NCBI GenBank assembly: GCA_951406725.2
Contig: OX597814.1
Coordinates: 222,146,001-222,210,000, forward strand
From: Octopus vulgaris
Lineage: Eukaryota
DNA length: 64,000 bases
Reading direction: 5' to 3'
Shown here: one piece after another, positions 1 through 12,653 of the stretch
Position numbering within the stretch: position 1 is the first letter of the stretch
Layout: the number at the start of each line of letters is the position of its first letter
Notes under the pieces: generated by a model
Seen by the model: the letters and a program-made list of their open reading frames with translations, nothing else
Database searches by the model: none
What the model was told of the DNA's origin: nothing
Made by a program: the position numbers and the translations under genes

Positions 1-373
1 TTTAGAAATTTAATATTTCTGATTAAGGTAACCAGTGAATAGATTTCACTGTAAATATATATATTTGTGAAGGCTAGACAGGTACCTCAATCAGCTGATC
101 TCACTATCCTGGGCTGATGACGGGTTAAGACCCAGAAACATGCATGTCCTCAGGTGTGAATCTTGGTTGGTAGGAGTGCTTGCCTCCCATTCACAAATAT
201 AAGGACACAGGAAATGTGTCAAAGCCGACAGGAAGCGTCGATGCTTCCTAGGGCTAAACAGCGGTGATGTAATTCCCATACGGGACTGTCACGTTATGTT
301 GGCTGTATACAACCACTCTATCGCTCCATCAGCGCTCATGTCTCTTTGAGACATTTAGAAAGTTAATATTTCT
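1..373 (+). mobile_element. Retrozyme-like non-coding element (~353-nt unit carrying a type I hammerhead ribozyme)
   Basis: 20-nt direct repeat at 1-20 (TTTAGAAATTTAATATTTCT) and 354-373 (TTTAGAAAGTTAATATTTCT), 1 mismatch, period 353. Hammerhead at 108-154. Many hairpins across the unit and no credible ORF. Confidence 0.7.
108..154 (+). ncRNA. Type I hammerhead ribozyme, predicted cleavage after GUC (C148)
   Basis: Helix I CCTGGG(108-113)/CTCAGG(149-154); core CTGATGA(114-120); helix II GGGT-TAAG-ACCC(122-133), flanked by a C121/A134 mismatch; GAAA(135-138); helix III ACA/TGT with palindromic TGCA loop; GTC at 146-148. Confidence 0.88.
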
Positions 374-659
374 AATATATATATATGTATATCTATATAT
401 ATATGTGTGTGTGTCTGTGTCTCTCTGTCTGTCTGTCTCTGTGTGTAATAAGTTTGTGCTCCCGCACGGCCGCAGTCAAATGACTGAAACAAGTAAAAGA
501 ATGATAGAAGAAAATAATATATATATTCATAGATACGCGCGCGCGCGCGCGTGTGTGTACATGGACATACCGGAACATAGGAGGAAGTAGTTCGATTAGT
601 AGAAAGACATAGATGTGTTTACATGTGTATGTGTGTGCGTGTGTGAGTGTGTACAAATA

Positions 660-693
<34 letters not shown>

Positions 694-703
694 CGTATTA
701 TGT

Positions 704-1098
704 AGGCGCAGGAGTGGCTGTGTGGTAAGTAGCTTGCTAACCAACCTCATGGTTTCGGGTTCAGTCCCACTGCGTGGTATCTTGGGCAAGTGTCTTCTGC
801 TATAGCCCCGGGCCGACCAATGCTTTGTGAGTGGATTTGGTAGACGGAAACTGAAAGAAGCCTGTCGTATATATGTATATATATATATGTATGTGTGTCT
901 GTGTTTGTCCCCCTAGCATTGCTTGACAACCGATGCTGGTGTGTTTACGTCCCCGTCAGCAAGCGGTTCGGCAAAAAGAGACCGATAGAATAAGTACTGG
1001 GCTTGCAAAAAGAATAAGTCCCGGGCTCGAGTTGCTCGACTAAAGGCGGTGCTCCAGCATGGCCGCAGTCAAATGACTGAAACAAGTTAAAGAGTAAA
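704..1098 (+). mobile_element. tRNA-headed SINE, family A (internal TA/TG microsatellite)
   Basis: A-box-like TGGCTGTGTGG and B-box-like GGTTCAGTCCC; tail GGCGGTGCTCCAGCATGGCCGCAGTCAAATGACTGAAACAAG; several near-identical copies in this window. Confidence 0.9.
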
Positions 1099-1099
1099 A

Positions 1100-1100
1100 G

Positions 1101-1142
<42 letters not shown>

Positions 1143-1663
1143 TTATATATAGACTTATATGTATATAGATCGATCGCGTGATGGTCAGAGAGTCAGGCAA
1201 ATAGATTGAGAGAAAGAAAGAAAGAAAGGTAGATAGATAGATACATACATACATACATACATACATACATACATACATACATACATACATACATACATAC
1301 ATACATACATACATACATACATACATACATAGGCATCACCTGTTTGTCTGTAAAAGTTCAGAAAGCGTGAGGTTGGTGATAATGATTAACAATTGAAAGT
1401 TATCGAGAGGGACATAAGCAATATACATATGTGTCAAATAGAAATATAAAGCAAACTCTATACACACTTCCATAGTGATAATCTTACATTAGAATCGATT
1501 TCACTTCAGCAAAAACAAAATAAAGAACCGTCTTGAATTCATTTGTTTGTTTTACTCATTTGTGTCTATTGTTAAATGCCAGAATTTCATTGTTTTTAGA
1601 ATTTCCGTTACTGTTTCATACACACATACGTTAATTGTCGCTGTGTAAATATACATGTATAGA

Positions 1664-1717
<54 letters not shown>

Positions 1718-1804
1718 CATACATACATACATATATATACATACGTACATACATACATACATACATACATACATACATACATCAATACATACATACGTAT
1801 ATAC

Positions 1805-1851
<47 letters not shown>

Positions 1852-2049
1852 TATATACCATGTACCGTTTTGTGTCTCTAGCACTAAGCTTCTTTATTTT
1901 GGAGCCTTTTATTATATTTCTATATGAATAATATTTTGTCTAATGACTATATATATACCATATATATATTATATATATATACCATATATATTATATATAT
2001 ACTATATATATATATACTCTATCTATATATGTATATATGTATGTATATA

Positions 2050-2080
<31 letters not shown>

Positions 2081-2090
2081 TTATGTGTAT
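1100..2090. repeat. Compound microsatellites (TA)n, (TACA)n, (GATA)n
   Basis: Directly visible; source of the spurious YI/MYVC/HTYI ORFs. Confidence 0.95.
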
Positions 2091-2587
2091 ATATGTGGTT
2101 CTGTATATAGGCGAATGTGTCTGTATGTATTTTCTTTGTTTATTTGACATTCTATGATTCCAGTATATATTTAGTTTTTGTTTTCCCTATAGGTGTAGAC
2201 TAAATATATTTGAATTTCGCTTTGTGTTGTGAATCGAGCAGCTTGTTTGATATGTATTTAAAAGACTATTTTATTGTTTCTAATGATCATTAGGACTTTC
2301 ACATTTTTGATTTTCATTGTTTTAAATAAGTACAAAGAAACAAAGAGAGCAGCAATATCAGATCACACGGCTTCTGTTTCATATATGTATTTTTTGATGC
2401 ACGTTTTTGTATGAGTGTTTGTGTATGCGTGTGTATATGGGTTTATGTGTGTGTTTACGCATGCGTGGCTGTTAAAGATATCGCTTTGCTACTGTGGGCA
2501 GTGACGTCTTAATGTCTTCAGTGCTCTAGTCTTTTAGCCACCATACACACCGTCTCCATATGCCAAGTGTAATTCTGTACATAATGG

Positions 2588-2834
2588 GAGGTGATAGTAA
2601 GAAGGTTGCCTCCCAACCACATGATTCCGGGTTCAGTCTCACTGTGTGGCACCTTGGGCGTGTGTCTTCTATTACTTCAGGCCGACCGAAGCCTTGTGAG
2701 TGGATTTGGTAAACGGAAACGGAAAGAAGACCGTCATATACATACATACATACATACATACATACATAAATACATACATACATACATACATGCATACATA
2801 CATACATACATACATACATACATACATACATACA

Positions 2835-2907
<73 letters not shown>

Positions 2908-3150
2908 GGATGCATCTATGTGTGTATGTCTTTGTGTCTGTGTTTGTCCCACCAATGCCACTGCTTGACGGCCGTTGTTGGTGTGTTTACGCCCCCCCCC
3001 CCAACTCAGTGGGTTAGCAAATGAGAGCAATATAGTAAGTACTAGGCTTTAAATAATATTTGTCTTGGGGTAGATTTGTTTGACAAATACACTTCAAGGT
3101 GGTGCCGCAACAAGGGTGCAGTGAAATGACCGAAACGGGTAAAAGACAAA
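2588..3150 (+). mobile_element. Diverged SINE family A copy with expanded internal (CATA)n
   Basis: Colinear with 704-1098 (CCAACCACATG, GCCTTGTGAGTGGATTTGGTA, GGTGGTGCCGCAAC...GAAAC tail). Confidence 0.8.
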
Positions 3151-3511
3151 AATCAAGTCTACAGACCCTTTTCTAGTCATAGCTTATCGTTGATCAGTGG
3201 AAATGGCTAGAGGAAGCAGTCCAGATGCCGGTCTAATCGATAATTTAATCAGTTGATTCAACTTGGGCTTTCCCTCTAGAAGAAAATATTCTTCAGAATT
3301 ATGTCGAGGTTTCAGGGATCCGTGGATTACTCAGCGACTCAACAGATTAATTCGATGAATATATGCCAGGAAGCAGATCGAACAACTGGAATCTTATGTA
3401 CGTGCGTACGCGCATAAATATGCATGCATGTCTGTATGTAAGCATGTATTGATAGATAGATAGATAGATATATAGATAGATAGATAGATAGATATATAGA
3501 TAGATAGACAT

Positions 3512-3561
<50 letters not shown>

Positions 3562-4009
3562 CCCTCGATGGGTGGATGGATGGAGGGGTGGATATGTACA
3601 TTCATGAATACAGTGATGGCCGTAGGCGATAGCTAAATCAGGTAGAAAACTCTTGAATTTATATACTGTCAGGCAGTTTTATTCAATGACAATTAACACA
3701 CATGCTTTCGGTACATCTAGCTGCAAACGACGAATCTTCAAAATTCTATATGACAGCAATATATAATGTTATGTTTTGTAACGGGCTGTAGGCCAGTGTG
3801 ATTATTTGAATATTTGGAGCTCTATGCAGATCACGCAATTCTCATTTTGCAAAATAGAAATTAATGACTTTTATTGTCTTCTTTTTAACCCTGCTGTGTA
3901 TTTACATTAATTTATTCTCCTCATTATCAAACTAAATATCCGTCTTATTCTCTCTGTCCTTATTCTCACGCTTTGTATGCATGTATTATGCATGTGAATT
4001 ATTATCTAT

Positions 4010-4610
4010 TATGATGTATGTATATATGTGTATATGTAGGTATGCATGCTTGTATGTATGTATGCACGTACTATTTATGTATGTATGTATGTATGTATGT
4101 ATGTATGTATGTATGTATGTATGTATGTATGTATGTATGTATGTATGTATGTATGTATGTATGTATGTATGTGTGTATGTATGTATGTATGTATGTATGT
4201 ATGTATGTATGTATGTATGAATGTATGTATGTATGTATGAATGTATATATGTATGTATGTATGTATGAATGCATGTACTATTTATGTATGTATGGATGCA
4301 TGTATGTATTATGTATGTATGTATGTATGTATGTATGTATGTATGTGTTTATGTGCCTGTATCTGTCTATGTATGTATGTATGTATGTATGTATGTATGT
4401 ATGCATGCATGCCTGTATGTATGTATGCATGTACTATTTATGTATGTATGGATGCATGTATGTATTATGTATGTATGTATGTATGTATGTATGTGTTTAT
4501 GTGCCTGTATCTCTCTATGTATGTATGTATGTATGTATGTATGTATGTATGTATGTATGTATGTATGTATGTATGTATGTATGTATGTATCTATATATGT
4601 ATGTATGCTT
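4010..4610. repeat. (TATG)n microsatellite with an internal higher-order duplication
   Basis: Variant block GCATGTACTATTTATGTATGTATGGATGCATG...GTGCCTGTATCT occurs at ~4271 and ~4427. Confidence 0.9.
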
Positions 4611-4964
4611 CATTTTGATTCATTAGTTTACATTCTGAACGGATATTGCTAATTTGTAATAAAGAAACAAAAACTTCATTGTTCAAGTTTGAAGAACAAC
4701 AACGGTAATTGTTACATATCGAACTTTAAGAAAGTCTTCCATAATATTCCTCTTCCACTTACAAATTATAGCTGTAAATTCACGTGACACAGCCAAGTGC
4801 ATTAATGTTTACTGGTATGAATGTAAATTTATAATCTGAGTAGAAGAGTTACAGGTTATGATAGTAGTTTGCTTTGAACATTCTCCTCGCTGATTCTGCT
4901 AGAGATTTTCCATAGGTTATGTCGGTAATTATTCTTCTATGTCTGGCGGTAATTGTTCTTCTAT

Positions 4965-5197
4965 AAGGCGGCGAGCTGGCAGAAACGTTAGCACACCGGG
5001 CGAAATGCTTAACAGTATTTCGTCTGCCACTACGTTCTGAGTTCAAATTCCGCCGAGGTCGACTTTGCCTTTCATCCTTTAGGGGTCGATTAAATAAGTA
5101 CCAGTTACGCACTGGGGTCGATATAATCGACTTAATCCGGTTGTCTGTCCTTGTTTGTCTTCTCTGTGTTTAGCTCCTTGTGGGTAGTAAAAAAATA
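4965..5197 (+). mobile_element. SINE family B (MetaSINE-like core) with 17-bp target site duplication
   Basis: Head GGCGGCGAGCTGGCAGAA...GAGTTCAAATTCC; core GCCTTTCATCCTTT.GGGGTCGATTAAATAAGTACCAG resembles the Meta domain; TSD GGTAATTGTTCTTCTAT at 4948-4964 and 5198-5214. Confidence 0.9.
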
Positions 5198-6900
5198 GGT
5201 AATTGTTCTTCTATGTATCCATATAGCTGTTTCAGGTCTGTTACATACCTTATGCTGATATGAATGTACGTATCGAATAGTAGATGTGTGATTTATATTT
5301 ATCTCAGTACAGTCTTTTCTGTTGATGACATTGTATAATTTTTTAACAATGTCGTGTGGGTAAGTCGTAACTTAAGTACATTTTTGGCAGCTGCAGCGTT
5401 GTGTTCTCCACAGAGGCGTGATAGAATCGAGACTTGTGGTTACATCTTGGGATTTTAAAGACTTCGCTAACTATGTATGTATGTACATACGTATGTATGT
5501 ATGTACGTACGTATGTATGTATGTATGTAGGCATGTATGTGTGAATGTGTGCGCGTGCATTCATGTGTGTGTGTGTGTGATTGCATATATGTACATATAT
5601 TATATGTTTGTATATTTCACATATATTTCTATAGAATTCATTTTAAGAATTTTTTTCCTCCGTTGCAAATATTAAATCAGTAGCAAACCTCTTTTGCTTA
5701 GGTCGATGCAGCTCTTGAGGATTATGTTGACGGGGATTGCTTGATAAGCGCATACATATAAACGTGCTATGTGCATGTATGTACATGCGTGTAAACTTGC
5801 AGTGGTGTGTGTTCATATCCTGATAGAACACAAGTGCGTAAGAGGTGTGCATTCAGGTGTATTTCATGCGTTTATCTGATTGTGCGCTTATGTTCGCCAA
5901 GGGAGTACAAATGGGGAATCCTTGAAAAGTTTAACAAATATTCACCGTTTCTAATCCATTTATCTGGAGACACTAAATCAGTCTGCTTCGTTCTTTCATA
6001 GAGAAACCAAGCAACTTCTAATTTTCTGTGAACATCTTACTGTTATGTAGCCCATTGCATCTATGATAATAGGAAGAATTAAGTTCTACTGCCTGGATAC
6101 AAAAGTGTAAGTCTCACATTAGTTCTCAACAGATATTCACCTTTGCACCAATTTTGAAGAGGCAACTGATCTCTACAATGCTAAATAACATTTGGACTCT
6201 GCTCACCAAAACAATATCTGTTCTGTTGTGTTTACACCTGCTTACTGTTTTCATCGGAATACTCTACTTTAATATTTAAATTCTAAAGTGGAGATAATTT
6301 CTGGTTCGAGTGCGCCATTTGTACATTTGTACAGAAGTCGGGAAAATACGCACTGCATATTGCATTGTTGATCGTCATTGCGATCAACTATCATGAGAAG
6401 GTAAAAACTTGTAGATATTTTTGGACTTCCACATCACAGCCGCAACGTGAATCTTTAAAGGCATCCTTACCTCTTTTGCTCATTATGTGTTTATGCACGT
6501 ACATGCATCCACACACACACACACACACACTTTAAGCTTTGTTTTCATCACTGAAGTAGAGGCCAACATCAACACATATTTCCGTCAAGACAGGAGGCGT
6601 AGATGGTAAAAAGTGCGTACAGTAAAGCCGTAGACCAGAACCTAACGCGTTAAAAGGTGGAATCAAACCGGGCGACATATTTACTACCTAACAACAGGAA
6701 ACGCATTCCCTTAATGACGGGACTCCACATAGTTTTCGTCCGTCACAGTTTACTCCCTTGTATTGACCAAGTGATGACAGTTGCATACAATAATCCACAT
6801 TCAAGCTGAACCTAATACCAAATAGGTGCGAAGCGAACTCTATCAGTATTCTGCCATAAAAGTTAAATATACTCAATTTCTGATTAAATCTATGCGCTAT

Positions 6901-6954
<54 letters not shown>

Positions 6955-6985
6955 GATCTCCATATATAATTGTACGAGTAGGGCG

Positions 6986-7052
<67 letters not shown>

Positions 7053-7291
7053 CATATATCACACGCTCATGTGGTTGCACCAGGTGATCCTGCTGTCTCC
7101 TTTCATCACCCACGAACTTCTCCACTGGACTCTTTACCTTTCTACCCTTTACGGATCCTCTTTTGGACTTTCTACACTCCGGCTGCACCTCTCCTGCCTA
7201 TGGATTACTCTGGACTCTTCTGTTGATGAAAAATCGCTCCAATACACCACGACGTCTGAAGCCTTTGAACGTTTTGAACTTTACGTAAAAC

Positions 7292-7305
7292 TATTATTAT
7301 TATTA

Positions 7306-7352
<47 letters not shown>

Positions 7353-7386
7353 ATTATTATTATTATTATTATTATCATTATTATCA

Positions 7387-7433
<47 letters not shown>

Positions 7434-7469
7434 GTTATTATTATTATTATTATTCTGATTATTATTACA

Positions 7470-7563
<94 letters not shown>

Positions 7564-7595
7564 TTATTACAATTATTATTATTATTATTATTACA

Positions 7596-7639
<44 letters not shown>

Positions 7640-7682
7640 AATTATTATTATTATTATTATTATTACAATTATTATTATTATA
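7292..7682. repeat. (ATT)n / (TAA)n microsatellite
   Basis: Directly visible. Confidence 0.95.
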
Positions 7683-7689
7683 ATTTCTA

Positions 7690-8150
7690 AACTTTCATGT
7701 ACTTTCTCTTCTTTCCTTTTTTTGGTTTCTATATCCCCTACTTCTTAGCTCTCCTGTGTGACCATTCTGTCCGGGATTCGCCATGATAGATCACTAGCCA
7801 CTACACACACTTTTTTCTCTCCTTGTTTCTTTCTGTGTTCCTTTCTGTGGAAGAGCGTAGGCTCGAAAGGTTAAATACTTTTTCAATTCCCGAGCGTTAT
7901 ACTAATAAATCTGTTTGTTTCCTACACCACATGTCTTCGTCTTTTGTTTTGTTTTTTGCGAATTCTCCCTATATATATATATATATTCCTCTGTCTTCCC
8001 TTCTTGGGATCTTTCCTTCTCTTTGTTTCCGACGAAGAGCTCCGCTCGAAACGTTAAACCCTCCTTTCCTTCTTTCCTGAGCGTCAATAATACTTAATTG
8101 TTCCACGTCCTCGCGTTGCTGTGTTTTTTTCTGTGTTTTCTTGTTTGGAT

Positions 8151-8155
<5 letters not shown>
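7690..8155 (+). mobile_element. Penelope-like terminal-repeat remnant with two minimal hammerhead-like motifs
   Basis: Two related segments contain CTGTGGAAGAGCGTAGGCTCGAAAGGTTAAA (~7845-7875) and GTTTCCGACGAAGAGCTCCGCTCGAAACGTTAAAC (8025-8059), each followed by a T-rich tail. Confidence 0.55.
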
Positions 8156-8222
<67 letters not shown>

Positions 8223-8601
8223 CATACACACAGACATATACACTTGCTAATACAGAAGAGAGGAGATGGTACTTAATAATACGTAGGTATGTGTGTTTGC
8301 GCGTGTCCGACAGTGTGTTTGCGCGCGTGCAAGTTTATTATTAAATTTTTATGCATAAATATTGTCTCTGAAAAATATTTCAGTAAAAGAAGGCAAGAAA
8401 TATATTTTTTCTTATGCTTTCTCATCAGACCTTTAAAATTTGTTTCTTCTTCTTCTCACTTTCTCCCTATTAATGTATCTCTCCCTCTCAAACTTCTTCA
8501 ATTTTTACAACCGTTCAGTCTGTATTGAATATCTGTTTCTTTTTCTTTCTTTCTTCCTTCCTCTCTGTTTCTCTGTCCCTTTCTCACTCTCTCTCTCTCT
8601 T

Positions 8602-8648
<47 letters not shown>

Positions 8649-9116
8649 ATTTTTCACTCTCAATCATTCGCTTCCATTCTTTTCTCTCGGTATATTTGTA
8701 ACTATATTTCTTTAGCCAGTTGTACAGCTTCCAGTAAGTGTCATGAAAACTGTCAGAAATCAGGAAATGTGTGCGTAGACATAATAGTTTTCAGTCATCA
8801 GTTTCTGTCAGAACTTCTTGACAATCTGACTTTGAAAATTTTTTTTTTCCAATCGCTTTTTATACCCAACCCACATATCTGTCGCTATATCTCACCCAAA
8901 ACCTTGAATTCTTCATCATTCTCCTTATCAACAAGCTTAATCGAAATTAACCATAACAAATAGAGCAACAACAGTTGCTGCAGCTGTGAAAGCGACAACA
9001 AACACCATCATTTTTGTCGTTGCTGTCAACATTGTCATTATATTGTTTCATACTACACTCTTCAATTTAGTTATTTTGGTATAAATCTTTTTCTCCTCCT
9101 CCTTCTTCTTCTTCTT

Positions 9117-9147
<31 letters not shown>

Positions 9148-9173
9148 TTCTTCTTCTTCTTTTCTTCTTCTTC

Positions 9174-9255
<82 letters not shown>

Positions 9256-9256
<1 letters not shown>

Positions 9257-9897
9257 CTATGTTTGACTTTTTCTTTATATTTGTACAAGTTGGCTCCAAG
9301 TCTCACCCAGAGACCTCAAGAGAGGAAGTTCGTATTATTGTTATGCCTAGTGTGCCATATATTTGGTTGTTGTTTTTTTTTGTGTTGTACTAGTGAATCT
9401 CTAAAAAAAAATGTTTGTTTTAAACCTTGAGATTACATAGAAAGTATTTTGCGTAGGATATGAGCAGTTCCCATGAGCACTATCTTTTGAATTTCTGCCA
9501 TTTTGGGGTTTCCTGGTATCTGAGTTAGGTAGCAATCAGCCCCTTTAGCTATAATTCCCAGGGCACCTATGACTACAGGTATTGTTTTAGTCTTCAGGTT
9601 CCACATTTTGCTGATTTCTATTTCAAGATCTTTATATTTGCTCAGTTTTTGGTAGGTCTTGACAGATACGTTTATATCGATTGGGACAGTCATATCAATG
9701 AGGAGGCACGTTCTTTGTTTGAAGTTTTTCAATATGATGTCTGGCCTATTCGCATCTATCTTTCTGTCAGTTTGAATGGGGAAGTTCCAGAGGAGTGAGA
9801 TGCGGCCATTTTCAAGCACTGTGGGTGGTTTGTGTTCCCACCAGATTTTTCATGGGGCAACTCCAGGTTTTTGCAGATTACCCAGTGAATATATTGT
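9256..9897 (-). mobile_element. Dong/R4-clade non-LTR retrotransposon, 5'-truncated 3' end (subfamily A)
   Basis: ORF 9433-9819 encodes a restriction-like endonuclease C-terminus (WNFPIQTDRKIDANRPDII, LIDMTVP, KYKDL, PVVIGALG); flanked by (TAA)n. Confidence 0.9.
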
Positions 9898-9930
9898 AAA
9901 TATATATTGAATATATATTATTATTATTAA

Positions 9931-9984
<54 letters not shown>

Positions 9985-9985
<1 letters not shown>

Positions 9986-10402
9986 GAGTGAGAGAGCAGT
10001 GCCTGCCATCAAAGTGACACTGGAGTAAAATATACGAAGCCCACTATACCCATCATGACTACCCGTCTGATAAGGGTACTCTAGGCACATGCATCACAAC
10101 CATATGTGCACGACATGGTGATCTCATATCAAGATAAACAGTGGATGACCTTTCAGGTGGGACCCAGTTAGAATTTTCTTTAGGTCAAGGTGCCCATCCC
10201 ACTCAAAATGTCCCTGATTAAGAGTTGTTTGAGGATGTTGAACGAAACACCCATGTTTCCAAAGTGAATTATCCAAACCTCCAAGAATTCCTCTCAACAC
10301 ATGGCTATGATGCTCTCCCACAACTTCGCCAGCCACTAAGGGACATGATCAACTGTTTAAGGTCAAACTATTGACAAGCAAATATGTGGTATTGAACAGA
10401 AT
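9985..10402. mobile_element. Unclassified non-coding insert between (TAA)n tracts
   Basis: ~420 bp of complex sequence with sharp (ATT)n borders inside the Dong stack; no recognisable coding motif. Confidence 0.4.
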
Positions 10403-10455
10403 ATTATTATTATTATTGTTGTTGTTGCTTTTGTTATTATTGTTATTATTATTAT

Positions 10456-10832
10456 TCAGTAGTTTTATTTTTATAGCGTGCTTTCACTTCACTACCGAGC
10501 GCAGCTCTGTGTGCCTTGGGTATGTGCTGTGATTTGTTGTGATGCTCTGATGGTTATTGTATGGAAAGTGTTCTGCGTAGGATGTGTGCAGGGCCTAGTA
10601 GTGCAATTTTCTGTATGTTATATGTGTTTGTAGGTCCTGGTGTTTTTGTTATGTATTTGTCTGAATATTTTTTTATCATGCCTAATGCACCTACTATGAT
10701 AGGAATTGTTTCTGTTTTCAGATTCCACATTCTAGTTATCTCTATTTCCAGGTCTTTGTATTTTGAGAGTTTCTCCATTTCTTTTAGAGACACGTTGTCA
10801 TCAGCCGGTATTGATACATCAATTAGAAAGCA

Positions 10833-10833
<1 letters not shown>
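10456..10833 (-). mobile_element. Dong/R4 3' fragment (subfamily B, copy 1)
   Basis: CFLIDVSIPADDNVSLKEMEKLSKYKDLEIEITRMWNLKTETIPIIVGALG...HILRRTLSIQ; 3' UTR shared with 11836-12655. Confidence 0.9.
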
Positions 10834-10899
<66 letters not shown>

Positions 10900-11085
10900 T
10901 TCCTTTTATCTCAGGTTTTGTTGTAACTCCTGGACTCTTGCGTGCATAGCGACCTTGCTCCTTGCAGCCTACAGTACTATGCTATCTGTTCTTTTCAACT
11001 AATACTTTCCTGACAATTCTGGCATACCAAGGAGGCAAACCTTATATAATGGTTCTACTGGGCATTCTATTCTACTTTCCATTTA
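10900..11085 (-). mobile_element. Degenerate Dong/R4 extreme 3' fragment (subfamily C)
   Basis: Minus strand reads CPVEPLYKVCLLG then, after a frameshift, ARIVRKVL, matching the family's terminal QK..LLGTA.ILRK.L motif. Confidence 0.6.
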
Positions 11086-11106
11086 ATATTATAATTAATA
11101 TGTTAC

Positions 11107-11392
11107 TTCTCAGAGCTCTTGGTCATACATGCTCTGTTTGATTCTGTGAGAGCGAACAGCAGCCTGTTGTCAGAGGCCTCACAAGGACTCTTTCGGCAAA
11201 CTTCTAACCATATTATCTGGATGTTAACTTGTCGTGGAAGACACGTAACACCCAAACTCTAAAATACTAGCTGTCTCCAATAGAGCAGTTTTGGGGCCTT
11301 CTCTCCCCTCGTCAATTGCAATTTCTCACACGTATTTCTCGAATCTGGTTGCTAGTGATCCTAGTGCCCCTACAACTACTGGGATAACAGCT
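11107..11392 (-). mobile_element. Degenerate Dong/R4 3' fragment (subfamily D)
   Basis: Minus strand AVIPVVVGALGSLATRFEKYV*EIAI...KTALLETASIL; (TAA)n on its 5' side. Confidence 0.7.
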
Positions 11393-11411
11393 ATTATTTT
11401 TATTATTATTA

Positions 11412-11489
<78 letters not shown>

Positions 11490-11535
11490 TCATTTATTAT
11501 TATTATTATTATTATCATTATTATTATTATTATTA

Positions 11536-11578
<43 letters not shown>

Positions 11579-11619
11579 CATTATTATTATCATTATTATC
11601 ATTATTATTATTATTATTA

Positions 11620-11757
11620 TTCTATGTTTGACTTATGAGCAGTTCCCATGAGCACTATCTTTTAAATTTCTGCCATTTTGGGGTTTCCTGGTATCTGAGT
11701 TAGGTACCAATCAGTCCCTTTCGCTATCATTCCCAGGGCACCTATGACAACAGGTAT
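11620..11757 (-). mobile_element. Dong/R4 subfamily A, copy 2, internally deleted
   Basis: Near-identical to 9460-9580 but joined directly to the terminal CTATGTTTGACTT, so most of the 3' UTR is missing. Confidence 0.85.
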
Positions 11758-11761
11758 CATT

Positions 11762-11835
<74 letters not shown>

Positions 11836-11839
<4 letters not shown>

Positions 11840-12653
11840 TAGTACTATTTTTATAAAGTGCTTTCACTTCACTACCGAGTGTAGCTCTGTGTGCCTTGGG
11901 TATGCGCTGTGGTTTGCTGTGATGCTCTTGTTGTTACTGTATTGAAAGTGCTTTGCGTTGGATGTGTGTATTGCTCATTAGTGTAATTTTATGTATGTTA
12001 TATATATTTGTAAGTCCTGCTGTTTTTGTTATGTATTTATCTGAATATTTTTTCATCTTACCTAATGCAGCCACTATGATAGGAATTGTTTCTATCATAG
12101 ATCCCACATTCTGGTTACCTCTATTTCCAGGTCTTTTTTTTTTTGAAAGTTTCTCCATTTCTTTTAGAGAAACGTTGTCATCTACTGGTATTGATACATC
12201 AATTAGAAAGCATTTTTTCTTCATGATCTCTGAAAACTATATCTGGTCTGTTGGCCTTAATTTCTCTGCGTGTATTGGCATATCGCAGAGTATGGTTGCT
12301 TTCTCGTTTTCTGTGACTTTTTTTGGTGTGTGCCTATACCATCTTTTTTTCTGTTGTTATTTCATAATGTTGGCATAGCCTCCAGTGCATGTAGGTCCCA
12401 GCTCTGTTGTGTCTGTGAATATATTCCTTTTTAGCCAGGACTGTGCAGACAGAGATAATAAGATTTATTGTTTCTTGTTCATCTCCACATATTCTGCAGT
12501 TACTTGTCAATTTTTTTTTCCTATATGTTTTTTGGTAATTTATGGTGGGGAGACTTGTGCTGCAATTAAAAATCCTTCAGTCTCTACTTTGTGTCCTGAG
12601 CTTTTCAACCATTGCTGGAATTTTCTCTATTTCGTTTGCATTTAGTTTAGTCC

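Noticed and set aside
91-279. 62-aa minus-strand ORF over the hammerhead
   Set aside because: No recognisable motif or proper start; the sequence is better explained by RNA structure.
704-1098. Recurrent ORFs such as YDGLLSVSVYQIHSQGFGRPEAIVEDTCPRCHAVGLNP looking like a gene family
   Set aside because: They are antisense translations of SINE family A copies.
6688-6830. Cys-rich stretch with DGRKLCG as the missing CUB half
   Set aside because: Wrong phase, ends in a stop and lacks the CUB F.LE/YD/F.SD motifs.
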